The notes below the pieces were generated by a model that searched no databases, was not told the DNA's origin, and was given only the letters and a program-made list of their open reading frames with translations. A stretch of DNA of 64,000 nt from Tetramitus jugosus (lineage: Eukaryota > Protista > Heterolobosea). The stretch spans positions 124,001 through 188,000 of the forward strand of contig OW569380.1 in assembly GCA_937625935.1 (NCBI GenBank), read 5' to 3'. The translations under genes and the position numbers were made by a program. Positions within the stretch are counted from its first letter, which is position 1. Each line of letters begins with the position of its first letter. This document shows, in pieces, positions 23,701-33,054 of this stretch.

Positions 23701-24103
23701 AATTTTAAGAGATCTTCATGTCATCCTAACGATTTCATTGGAACATAATCCGTCTGCAACTCTTTATTCAGTGAAAGAAACAATTTTGAATGGATGTGAA
23801 CTATTCGTTGAACATGCACAAATTGTTGTGCAAAAGTTTGTTCGTAACTTTCAAATTCATCCATTTCATTATTGTCATATCCTTGTTGTCCACATGGTAC
23901 ATGATATGAAAGAATTTAAGTCATTGGGGATGTTAAATTGTAGTAGTGTTGAAAGAATAGGTGCAGTATTGAAAAATATTTTACGGAAAGAAACAAACAA
24001 GCAACAGAGTCCTGATAAGGTTCATTATCTTCGTCAATGTGTGAGGAGATTCGAATTGAAAGAATTTGCTCTACGTATCCTCCACAACCCATCAAAAGAA
24101 TGA
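20798..24103 (+). CDS. RAG1/Transib-like DDE transposase (~1100 aa) with AT-hook and Myb/SANT-like domain
   Basis: VLGGD (first Asp, 22715); FIGDLVFLLQILGLRGVGSKWWCPRC (second Asp plus CxxC); SLH; HYCHILVVH...SLGMLNCSSVER (HxxxxH and Glu, 23951). Also KKPGRPKR and WDSFEEENLKKA...KSIDQIISK. The first ATG is at 20798. Confidence 0.75.
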   Translation: MKEHYKKLAQIGVHVFSTKDIQSKKRRILYSLHNWKEIEKYGSTLTKILNTHNFPSFVMTKKDNSESAVKTSNNNQKHYITFSTLLFFARKFDATELCKIITAIADSIGTKIAPFQVRNKLVLRQTKVIRKRNKHLADTLKHIAGIIKIDTKSQMQSKALFALESFSKCKHLAGLAPEALVIALIEKFQNGEYIKKRERKILDEFEKEILSPEKQCLLFNGMPKGRVALWEFMAAVWNPHSQNSEWRSPFPTEFGNNHHKFPKIFLSSSSIKEQNNRRYEIIDSKFRQFKLSTNDSLPIIQNQSEKEKERETFIELEDDAICRIQGQSSNGELFSDVVMGQSVNVMPRKERHLSNLLKNTDTVTQDIDLEKPLPKITQQEKGMSYPSSQSFVIESTSEKVKKKPGRPKRTSDDRTKNSRWDSFEEENLKKAFELSEHLSGKGRYSAIELILLEKGVTKSIDQIISKIKNSKTKWTVKAKETIIVSQDNSQGISSEQSPLKRPREDKLSSSNKQRKGSDSVDEGTGISRTTSSFVEMMLQWLVDPDITYKPHTITVTEKRFQEILQKNSEVMWLTNVISHPEKKQYTIGGPRVVKKDELDEISRRYPECIAHCNVKKDDKTGNYHIAYNFVVAAEFVLGGDSTSLFKHGSNNNKRNFTHFTIKNLRQSSHLIHREFNHRLIGVFEGKDKLPALLQLLKELTPLMAKHENDGILINGRLFAIKYHFIGDLVFLLQILGLRGVGSKWWCPRCEIVGTTNWWEQSTERNLNTELVTLRRGKELKGRCSFPVFDSWPLSRYHFCSLHAVLAFGRGIIKSLTYKCIRRQFQESTSELECIEKLKDVELLFLNYGMDLEELEGVANSDDAMRDLTNFCQKYSISIHKELMGTVAEIQEWYGNLKNHLMRTIDFESDRTSHLSLFQSQLKMKGVNVDLMQVLLGDSLSLTGDHTLNLLRNVSYFKEVAGLSEDELEILRDLHVILTISLEHNPSATLYSVKETILNGCELFVEHAQIVVQKFVRNFQIHPFHYCHILVVHMVHDMKEFKSLGMLNCSSVERIGAVLKNILRKETNKQQSPDKVHYLRQCVRRFELKEFALRILHNPSKE

Positions 24104-24751
24104 TGGTATCTCTGTCTGATCAGAGATTCGTTTCGAAGAGTTAGAATTCAGTTCAAATTGACATTCTTGGTGTTTTTTGTTTTCCAATGCCTTTGAGACT
24201 AATTTCTTCTCATACTCAGATGAGATAACTCTCATATCGATCACTGACCCGTCATGTGACCTTGTTTCATATTTCATGGCTATATCAAGTTGTTTTTTGC
24301 GATGGTTGAACATAAATACCACAGGATATTGCATGTTGCATGTGATTCTTGTTTTTGCTATGTTTTTCACTAACTCATCTCCAATGATTTTCTCAAACTG
24401 TTCTTTGCAGAGAATTGCTCTGACATTGTCTGGCAGTATGCCTGACTTTTTAAATCCCTCTCTCAATCCATACACAACAGTGTTCGAAAACAAAATTTGA
24501 AACTCTTTGAGTCTAAAACAGTTGATCACACCTTCAATGTGTTTCCATCCTGTGATACTATGCTTGCTTCTCATTCCTCGCTTCATAGCTCTCAGTATAG
24601 TTTCGCGAAGATCATTTTGTCGCTCATCTCGCGTTACGATAAATGATGCTTTCTTGCTCTGTCTCTGTTTAACTGTTCGCAAATCAATGTCCTTTACGTA
24701 ATCACTGAAATATGCTGGTTGTTTTGTTATTCGGTGAGGTCTTCCTTTCAT
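24092..24751 (-). CDS. Hypothetical 219-aa basic protein convergent with the RAG1-like transposase
   Basis: Intact ATG-initiated ORF whose 3' end overlaps the transposase stop by 12 bp. No recognisable domain. Confidence 0.6.
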   Translation of the reverse strand: MKGRPHRITKQPAYFSDYVKDIDLRTVKQRQSKKASFIVTRDERQNDLRETILRAMKRGMRSKHSITGWKHIEGVINCFRLKEFQILFSNTVVYGLREGFKKSGILPDNVRAILCKEQFEKIIGDELVKNIAKTRITCNMQYPVVFMFNHRKKQLDIAMKYETRSHDGSVIDMRVISSEYEKKLVSKALENKKHQECQFELNSNSSKRISDQTEIPSFF

Positions 24752-24916
24752 TTGTTGTTTCTTCTTGGTTCTTCATGATGTTCATTGTGATGTGGTTGTG
24801 TGTTCTTCTGTTTTGTTGGGAAACGTCGGTTTAAACCGCAAAAAACCTTGTCGTGTTAAAGTTATTGATCATAACAGTGCTCAGTTCAGTCAAAAACTTC
24901 CAATGAAGGTGCAGTT

Positions 24917-25250
24917 AGTCTTCCGAGGGAGATGAACAGAAAGGAAAATTATGGAGAAAAAGATGAATGCGAAGAGAGATGGAAGGAGTTGCGAATGATA
25001 CTCTGGAAGTGTCGGTGGGACACAGCTTTGAGCAACCAAAAGTGCCTAGTGGAACTTCTCGCAGGTGATGGCAACATCGATAGGATCAGATGCTGAATGG
25101 ATATTTGAGGCTGATTTACAGAAAAGGAGTGGAATGAATTTCTAGTGTCCTTTCGGTCTCGAGAGAAAGGAATTGTGGTTTTACCATCAAGTTAGAAGTG
25201 GTACCCTCCACACAAAAACTGTGCTGCGTGACTTGATTGCTACCGACTGA
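24917..25250 (+). mobile_element. Retrotransposon ORF2 C-terminal remnant
   Basis: Encodes ELWFYHQVRSGTLHTKTVLRDL (compare WFHAQVRSGTLHT). The segment atgcgaagagagatggaagg is shared with 7387 and element D. Confidence 0.75.
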
Positions 25251-25387
25251 CACTTCGACAGTCTCCTTCGATGTTGCAGCTCATTTCATCCTTCATTTTT
25301 CCCTGATTAAATCGAATGATGTCTAAGCACGAAAAAGGTTTTTAGGAAAGTGGAAGCATATTTTGATGTTCTATTGTATTGGTGTTC

Positions 25388-27176
25388 TTATAAAGCTGTT
25401 GTTGGCATTTCTGTTGCAGGAGACTCTGGATTCATTGGCCTATATCCATTCCTTCGATGATAATTAATCATGTAAACGGCACAAAAGATGAACATGCAAG
25501 TCAACATGCAACTGAGAATACCACCGGCCAACAATCCAATGAGTAGTCCCTTGGTACCCCTGGGCAACGGATTCCAGAATCCTCCAGCACTCGATGATGC
25601 AACCACTTCGGACAGTGTTGGAATTGGAGTGGGAGTTGAACTGTTGGATGGCACAGGTGAAGGCTCAGCAGGAGTGGAATTGCTGGCAGAAGGGGAAGGC
25701 ATCGGGGAAGGTGAAGGGGAAGGTGAAGGGGAAGGTGATGGAGAAGGCAATGGAGAAGGTGATGGAACAGGCACAACAGGCGAAGGAGCACCAAGGTATT
25801 GGATCTTAATCGGAGAATAGTAGTAACTTGTGGGTAGAACGACCGACAAGTGATACAAGCTTCTCACGGCAACAATATCGTCATCAAACGTGGCAACCAC
25901 ATTCACGACATAGGTTCCATTGACTGGTGCACTGAATTGAGTCACATTTTGATCCATTCTCAAAGATGTGTTCATCATTACAATGTCATTGTGCTGAGAG
26001 AAACCGCACTGAACAGCCAAATTGGCATCGGCTCCAGACACCGACACCAATGTTCCATTGCTCAACTGTTCCTCTTCCAAATGATAATAAATTGTGTACT
26101 TCACACCAGATAGAGCCTGTGTAACATTGCACTGGTTCTGATCATTGTAAGAGATGCACTTGGTCAATGGTTCCCAGGTCAATGACTGATTCTTGGTTGG
26201 TTCATAAACAATTTGAGTCGAGAGATACGCATTGGAGTATCGATTCAAACCTACATTAAGATTTGTGAATAAGATGATTCACACACACTTGAAAAACATG
26301 AAAAACATGAAAAACAACAACAACAATTCTTAATTCAGAAGATGACATACTCTCAAAATCATCATCAGCCACAATCTTGAACACAATCTCTGTCACTTCA
26401 CCACCTTCATCACCTTCATCACTATTCCCTTCATGATGAGTATGATTATCCAACGCTGGTTGCTCCACCGTAATCATCAAAAAATAGACAAAATTTTTCG
26501 AGTCACAAAACACGTTTGCATAATGTGTCGCACTCAACTCCTCTCCATCAACAATCAACAAACTTGAATTCCACTGCTTCAAACATTGATCATTCATAAA
26601 TGTTGTCACTGGTGGATGATTCATTGAATTATCATCATCAGTGTTATTATGACCCAAAAAATAAAAATCATTAAGGGTCAAATTGGTGCGAGAAGGAACA
26701 AACATGACATCCGAATCACAATTATTGTTACTCGTCAAATTTCGATTACAGATACGACCATAGATTCGAATCGTTGAATCAGAGTGAATCGTACAGCTTT
26801 CCAACACTGGAATGAATCGATCAATTGAAGTGTCATTGATTTTTAGATACACGACTGATGTTGTATTACTATTATTATTATGGTTGATGGTATCATTGAT
26901 GTTAATGTTGGTGAGTGAAAAGGAATAGATTTGTCGTTCACTCACTGGTATGAACTGTATATTGGCTTCTTCTTCAACTGCTGTTGTTGATAATTGTTGT
27001 TGTTGTTGTTGTTGAAATTTTGGTGGAGAGCTTTTTGTTGTTGTTGTTTTTGTTTTTGTTGTTGATGAAGAGGAAAAAAAGTGGTTGAAAAAAGAGGTGA
27101 TGGAGAAGGCATGAGAAGGTTGAGGGGTCAAGCTGAAGATCATGATGAAAGTGACCACAATGATCATCATCATCAT
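25388..27176 (-). CDS. Two-exon type I membrane/cell-surface protein with SP-repeat stalk (intron 26251-26350)
   Basis: Signal-peptide-like N-terminus. A GTATGT donor (26350) and TAG acceptor (26251) join the two ORFs in frame (phase 1). (SP)n linker and a C-terminal TM helix. Confidence 0.75.
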
Positions 27177-27447
27177 AGTGGTCGTACGACTATGGATATT
27201 GTTGTTGATCACACGCATTGTTGTCTTTTTTTCTTCACCGTTTGTTGTTGTGATGGAGAATCTGGAATGATTCGAGACAAAATGTTATCTAGACTATTTT
27301 TGGGATACGAGGAATCCTGGAAAACTGGCCACAGTGAAAAGTAGGTTGGTTCTGATACTGGTCGTTGAAGAGTGGACACTACTTTCAATATTCCAAGGTT
27401 CTTTGCCTTTCTAGTTTTAATTTTCCCTCAATCTCAACACGAACAAG

Positions 27448-27750
27448 ATGAGCAAAAATCCAACACCAGCAGATCAATCAGATCCACTCGCTACTTCACA
27501 GGAAGAAGAACAAGATGATGAACAAGAATTGACAGATGAACAATATGATCAGTTGTACAAGAGGCAAGTATCTCAATACAATGCTAAATTGGCTCATATC
27601 TATGAACAGGATCCCAGTTTGAAAGTCCAGGCAAATTGTTTGATGGATCACATGATACGGGAAGGAATCATTGATGAACCAGCCACCAAAAAGACAAAGA
27701 CATCCAATGTTGAAGAACAAGTGATTGCCAATACAACAGAAAACAAATAA
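27448..27750 (+). CDS. Hypothetical acidic 100-aa protein
   Basis: ATG-initiated ORF with protein-like composition. Confidence 0.5.
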   Translation: MSKNPTPADQSDPLATSQEEEQDDEQELTDEQYDQLYKRQVSQYNAKLAHIYEQDPSLKVQANCLMDHMIREGIIDEPATKKTKTSNVEEQVIANTTENK

Positions 27751-27947
27751 AAGAAAATGAATGGAAGTTGGTAGTTCGCTGAACCGGTTCGCGATATTTG
27801 TTCCCATTTGGAAGTCACAAGGTATTTGTAGGACATTACCGTACGAAAATTTAGCTGTCGCAGAGAGAATAGGTACCCGTCTCAAAGCTACACATCGTTG
27901 AAACAAATCCGCAGTGATCGAGAAGAAACAAACTCACGAATTCAACC

Positions 27948-29015
27948 ATGACCCAACTCGATTTCAAGAGTACAGCAACCAACAAATTCACTCTATTCCT
28001 TCTTATCGCACTATCCTTCCTGTTCTATCGCTACTTTGTTCCTGAAGCTGAATTTTCAGATCGATTAGCCAACATTCCTGTAGTTTTGTCACCGATCGAC
28101 AACGATCTATACGACAAGGAAGATAATGCGATGGAGTGGTTCGATCCTGATGGCTTTGCCAGGGGTCTTCACATTTTGAACACTGCAAGAATCGATTATT
28201 TCTACAAGGTTATCAAGACTCACTTTTCGAACGAGCAAAGGCAATCTTTGATTTCAGTGTTGGATGTAGGATGTGGAGGTGGAATAGGTACCGAAAAGCT
28301 GTTCGAGAAGGATTTTGTAAAACTTGAAAATTACAAAACATCTTCTGCTGTAAGCACGAGTCAAGAACCTTCCATATCATTCAAGTTAGGACTGAACGTC
28401 ACAGGAATAGAACCCAGTACAAACTCCATCCATATCGCATCTTCTCACTTTCAAACCACACGGATATCCGAGTTATTGAATCATGAGTCTAATCTGAATT
28501 CAGTGAAGAAACCATCTCTGCGATACACAGTCGGCTCAGCGTATGACTTGTCCGCATATCCAGACGAATCGATTGATGTTGTAATATCTTCTGATGTCAT
28601 GGATCATTTATTCGATCTGAAAACAGCAATCAAAGAAGCGAATCGAGTTCTCAAGAACCAGACCGGTCTCTTTATCTTCGAAACGATCAATCGAACTTAC
28701 TGGAGTTTTTTGTGGGTTCAAAGGTTGGCTGAATGGGCAGGTCTCGTTCCGCACGGCACTCACGACTATCGATTATTTGTGACAGTTGATGAAGTGAGAC
28801 AACTAGTGGAGAAGCATGCCGATATGACGATGAAGGAGGTGAAGGGAACCAAGGTTATTGTAGGACCTGCCATACATTACAAGGAAATTGATTTGTCCTT
28901 CATTCGTCCGAATCTAAAATTCAATTTTCCTTATTTGTGGCCAGCAATGAAGCAGGCATTTATCTCCGATAAGGATCTGAGCGTTGGAATTATTGGTTAT
29001 GCTGTCAAGAACTGA
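27948..29015 (+). CDS. UbiG/COQ3-like SAM-dependent O-methyltransferase with N-terminal hydrophobic segment
   Basis: LHILNTAR, VLDVGCGGG, FETINRT and GTHD motifs. Confidence 0.8.
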   Translation: MTQLDFKSTATNKFTLFLLIALSFLFYRYFVPEAEFSDRLANIPVVLSPIDNDLYDKEDNAMEWFDPDGFARGLHILNTARIDYFYKVIKTHFSNEQRQSLISVLDVGCGGGIGTEKLFEKDFVKLENYKTSSAVSTSQEPSISFKLGLNVTGIEPSTNSIHIASSHFQTTRISELLNHESNLNSVKKPSLRYTVGSAYDLSAYPDESIDVVISSDVMDHLFDLKTAIKEANRVLKNQTGLFIFETINRTYWSFLWVQRLAEWAGLVPHGTHDYRLFVTVDEVRQLVEKHADMTMKEVKGTKVIVGPAIHYKEIDLSFIRPNLKFNFPYLWPAMKQAFISDKDLSVGIIGYAVKN

Positions 29016-29042
29016 GATAATAAGTATATTCTTTCGAACAAA

Positions 29043-31640
29043 TTAACTTGTTGTTTCTTCCTCTCTTTCAGCCTCGAAAGAAGAACTAGTCTTCACTGAC
29101 TCCATTGAATGAAATGTACTGTTTTCCTGTGTGTCTTCGTGAACAGAATGAATATCAGATAACTCTGAGGCAACATCATCACCTTTGTGATGACTTTCTT
29201 CATCAAGCGAACTTTCATGAGACTCCGCTACAGAAGGACCTAACTCTCTTTGCACCTTCTCTACCAAATCTTCTAACTTTTTCGTTCTATTCACCATTGC
29301 TCGATCTCTCGTATGTTGTTCGTCCGATACAGAAGATGTTGGTTTCTTCAAAGATGATACATATGTGCTAATGATACGCTCTTTTTCCTGTAGTAGCCTT
29401 TCCAGGTAATTGATGCAAGCGTCTTCATCGAAGTGCATGCTTTGTTTCTCCAGGGTCTCAATCTGATTCCGAAGCACTGACTCGACCTCTGTCATATCAT
29501 TGATCCTCTTTTGAAGATTGTCATTTAGCCGTTGAAGAGACAGAACCCTATGCATTGAACTCTCAATCGAAAGTTGTTGTACTCTATCCTTCAATGCCTG
29601 ATTTGCTGACAACAGACTATTCGGATCTGATGAACGTAAAATATCCTTCAGTTGACTGATTTCAACCTTTAGCTCAGTGTTTGCAATTTCGATAAAGGAG
29701 ATCTGTCTCTTTAACTCCTCCATTTTGTTAATATATTGGTTTTGGTTTTGCTCGTACTCCTGAAGTTGGCTCACGAGAAATTCAGCCGCTCGCCTCCGCA
29801 TCTCGTTTCCTCCATTGGAGATCTCAGATATCTTTGATGCCCATAGACCTAACTTCTGTTCTTTCTTCATGAGCATAACATTAACATCTGTCATTTGACT
29901 TTGTATGACGGATTGAAGATCAGACACAGTTTTTCGCAGTTGAGCATTTTCACACGTGATGGCATGCCATTCGTTGGCTCTCAGCTTTTCTCGTCTCTCG
30001 TACTCAAATATGACTTTTCGATGTGTATCCAGTTGTTGTAACTGATCCAGGTAAGCAGTCTGCATCTTGCTCTTTGCAACTCCTGAATACATTGAGGTAG
30101 AGATATTAACCAATTCTGCTCTCAATTCTTCTAGTTCTTTGTTCTTTAGCAATAACTCGTCATGCATTGTCTGTACAAGATAACTCTGATCCAAATCTGA
30201 TATTGCTTGATCCCTATCGGTTTGATTTCTTCGTAGTTTAATTTCTAACTGGTGTATTTTGAAATTTGCTTCGTTCAGCTGATGTTGAAGCTCGTTAGCA
30301 TATCGCTCGATGCCCTGGTAGCGCAATATCTTATCGCTTTCTACCTCTCTAGCAATGGTTTGGGCATTCTTAACATTCTTCTTTTTTTGATTGTCATGCA
30401 TAATCTTCTGCTTGATCATTGGACGTTTCTCCTTTGGTTTTTGGTCCAATGTCATCTGGTTAGTCTGTAGAAACCGAAGTATCCTCTTTAAGTTCAATTT
30501 GGACTCTTGCAATTGTTGCACCATTTCTCGTATATCCAAAGTAGACACCAACTCGACTTCCCCTCGTGTTATCTTCAGCTCCTTCATAATGTTATTTGAT
30601 AATACAAATATCGAGTCTGCCAAATGTGCGGCTCGATACTTTTCTTGATCTATTGGCTCGGGCTGTATAGTACAGCTCTCTTTTTGGCTCTTTGCATTCT
30701 CTCGTTGATCCTCTCTATCCCTCAAAGTACGAACAGTTAACTTTAAGGTTTCCTCAATGTTTTGTATGCGTTTTTTCACTTCCTCGATATCATTGTTCAC
30801 ATTTTGCTCTTCCTCAACATTCAACAAGCTCTCATCATGACTATTTACATATCTTAAATTCTCTGGCTTGTTCTTTTCTAGTTTTATCTCTAACTGTTTA
30901 TCTTCCAGTGAGTGTTGAATATAGTTCTCTGAAGTGTGTACATGATAAGAATCATCGTCGTCGCTGTAACTCTCCCCTTCCATAGATTGATTTAAAGGTA
31001 CGGTGAGCGCTCCGTTTGCCGTTGGAAATGTCAGAGATGATACGCCCTCTTCGCCATCCTTCTTTTTCTGTTTTTGAGAAACGATAAGTTGGCTTAACTC
31101 TTTCCGTGACTCTTGTAGCTTCTTCAGTAGTTTTTCGCTTGGTTGAGTCACGGTTGTCTCTACTGGTTTATAGTTCTTTGAATTGGCTTCTGATTTTCTT
31201 TGGAATAGGTCAGAAAGTTCTAACATGTACGACATGGAATCAAAACCAAACTTGATCGTATCTCCATGCTTCAGACGAACACTTCCCGAGTGAATTGCTC
31301 TCGTCTTATTCACCAGTGTTCCATTCATTGAGTTTAAATCTGTCAAGGTAACCCGACGCTTAATTGGATCAATCTCAATGCTTGCGTGAGCCGATGACAG
31401 AGTCTTGCTCGCAATGACAATATCACATTCTGTGGGTGATCGGCCTATCGTCACTTTGGTTTTCGTCAATCGATACTGAAGCTTCTTATCACTTCGCCTT
31501 AATACACCATACACGACTGATGCAGAGGTGTCTTGATCTTTTGCATCTTGTTGTTCTTGTTTATCCTCATCACTCTCCAATAGTTCAACATCCTGTGGCA
31601 ACTTCTCAGCTATATTCTCATCACTATGCACAACTACCAT
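29043..31640 (-). CDS. FHA-domain coiled-coil protein
   Basis: TIGRSPTECDI...SSAHA...DLNSMNGT...GDTIKFG followed by a long coiled coil. The ATG is at 31640. Confidence 0.85.
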   Translation of the reverse strand: MVVVHSDENIAEKLPQDVELLESDEDKQEQQDAKDQDTSASVVYGVLRRSDKKLQYRLTKTKVTIGRSPTECDIVIASKTLSSAHASIEIDPIKRRVTLTDLNSMNGTLVNKTRAIHSGSVRLKHGDTIKFGFDSMSYMLELSDLFQRKSEANSKNYKPVETTVTQPSEKLLKKLQESRKELSQLIVSQKQKKKDGEEGVSSLTFPTANGALTVPLNQSMEGESYSDDDDSYHVHTSENYIQHSLEDKQLEIKLEKNKPENLRYVNSHDESLLNVEEEQNVNNDIEEVKKRIQNIEETLKLTVRTLRDREDQRENAKSQKESCTIQPEPIDQEKYRAAHLADSIFVLSNNIMKELKITRGEVELVSTLDIREMVQQLQESKLNLKRILRFLQTNQMTLDQKPKEKRPMIKQKIMHDNQKKKNVKNAQTIAREVESDKILRYQGIERYANELQHQLNEANFKIHQLEIKLRRNQTDRDQAISDLDQSYLVQTMHDELLLKNKELEELRAELVNISTSMYSGVAKSKMQTAYLDQLQQLDTHRKVIFEYERREKLRANEWHAITCENAQLRKTVSDLQSVIQSQMTDVNVMLMKKEQKLGLWASKISEISNGGNEMRRRAAEFLVSQLQEYEQNQNQYINKMEELKRQISFIEIANTELKVEISQLKDILRSSDPNSLLSANQALKDRVQQLSIESSMHRVLSLQRLNDNLQKRINDMTEVESVLRNQIETLEKQSMHFDEDACINYLERLLQEKERIISTYVSSLKKPTSSVSDEQHTRDRAMVNRTKKLEDLVEKVQRELGPSVAESHESSLDEESHHKGDDVASELSDIHSVHEDTQENSTFHSMESVKTSSSFEAEREEETTS

Positions 31641-31756
31641 GTTCTCAGTCAGTACAAACACACAACGATCAGCTTCAACAAACACTGCTGTGCGCACAAA
31701 AAAATTTCTGTAGTTGCTGGAAAACTTTGTGTTATTGTTGAATCGAACAAAAAAGT

Positions 31757-32509
31757 TCAATCATCAAACCCTTCGTATCGATCAGCCTTAATGCTATAGT
31801 ACTCTGAATTGTTCATATCGAACACTGGTCCTCTACCATACAATAGCATGACTTCACTATCCTCATGATCTCCATACAAGTCCTCTTCTGTTTCATTCCG
31901 TAGCAGTGCATCGATCGACCGGTTCAATGGAGTGCTATGAGCATGTCGACTCGTGATTGCACCTCTAGATGAGAGTGTCTCTTCCTCATATAGTTCTTCT
32001 TCTCCTTCTTGGAGCTCTTGTTGTTGGATTGATCTTGTTATTGAAGGCAAAATCTTGCGTCGATGCACTACATAGTAGCCATCTGACTCTGGATTTTTCT
32101 CCATTCTTGTAAACGTCTTGTATGCATTCATCAGTGGACTTTCATAGACAGACAATGGCATTTCACTCTCACCTGAAACGAACAGGACATCCTTGTCCAA
32201 TGGTGCAGCTCTATTGCGTGTTGCTTGCTTCAACAGTTGATCCTGGACAGAGGGAGGTATCGACTGACGAACCATGACTTTGGTCGGTGCGGGTTCAGAC
32301 ATGAGAGGCAACACGGAACTCTCTTGTGTTGCTTCACCACTGCTTGTAGCTGATGCACCACTAGTGTCAGATGACGACTGATCACTTCCACCACCTGAAG
32401 TGGCAGTTGCGATATTGTACAGAGCAATCACAGCAGATGCAAGAAAACCTGGAGCCACAAAATAGGAAACAACCGCATTGATCAATCGATTGTGGTCATT
32501 TGAGCTCAT
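31757..32509 (-). CDS. Hypothetical protein with N-terminal hydrophobic helix
   Basis: 250-aa ATG-initiated ORF. Confidence 0.6.
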   Translation of the reverse strand: MSSNDHNRLINAVVSYFVAPGFLASAVIALYNIATATSGGGSDQSSSDTSGASATSSGEATQESSVLPLMSEPAPTKVMVRQSIPPSVQDQLLKQATRNRAAPLDKDVLFVSGESEMPLSVYESPLMNAYKTFTRMEKNPESDGYYVVHRRKILPSITRSIQQQELQEGEEELYEEETLSSRGAITSRHAHSTPLNRSIDALLRNETEEDLYGDHEDSEVMLLYGRGPVFDMNNSEYYSIKADRYEGFDD

Positions 32510-33054
32510 TATTTTTCATTCACGTTGTTGTTCATCCGTAACGGTGAAGATTCAATGAGTGTTATTTTTGACTTGGTTTCGAGTTCGTTGTGGGGAGGAA
32601 ATTTCTTCTTTTCGGAGGTTCGTCTGGCAAATTGCACTCTTTTTCGTGTTGAATCGCTTGGAAGCCGTCCTTCGAAAAAGCACTCAAACTGCAACACCTA
32701 GCAACACGTTCGTTTATCTCCACACAAAAAACACATTTTTCTTGTTACCCAAAACTCAACAACAAGACAAAGCAGCAGTACCCTTCTATTGCACACATAG
32801 CTACAACAACAAAAAGCACTCAATTTCTCAATTGAAAACAACAAGGCGACCAATTATAATAACCTAATAATTTTTTTCGCTTGCAAAAAAAAACAAACGC
32901 AACTCATCGCAAACCAACTTTCAACAACCAACCTCAACAACAACAAAAATCAGAAAAAACTCTTTCTAAAGAGCCCTCTGCACGTAACCATTCCATCTCA
33001 ACAACAATCATCACCACAAAACACTACTATCAGTGAACTCCATAAGCTATCACA

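Noticed and set aside
24092-24751. RAG2 homolog
   Set aside because: Too short and no kelch or PHD motifs are visible. Only the orientation matches.
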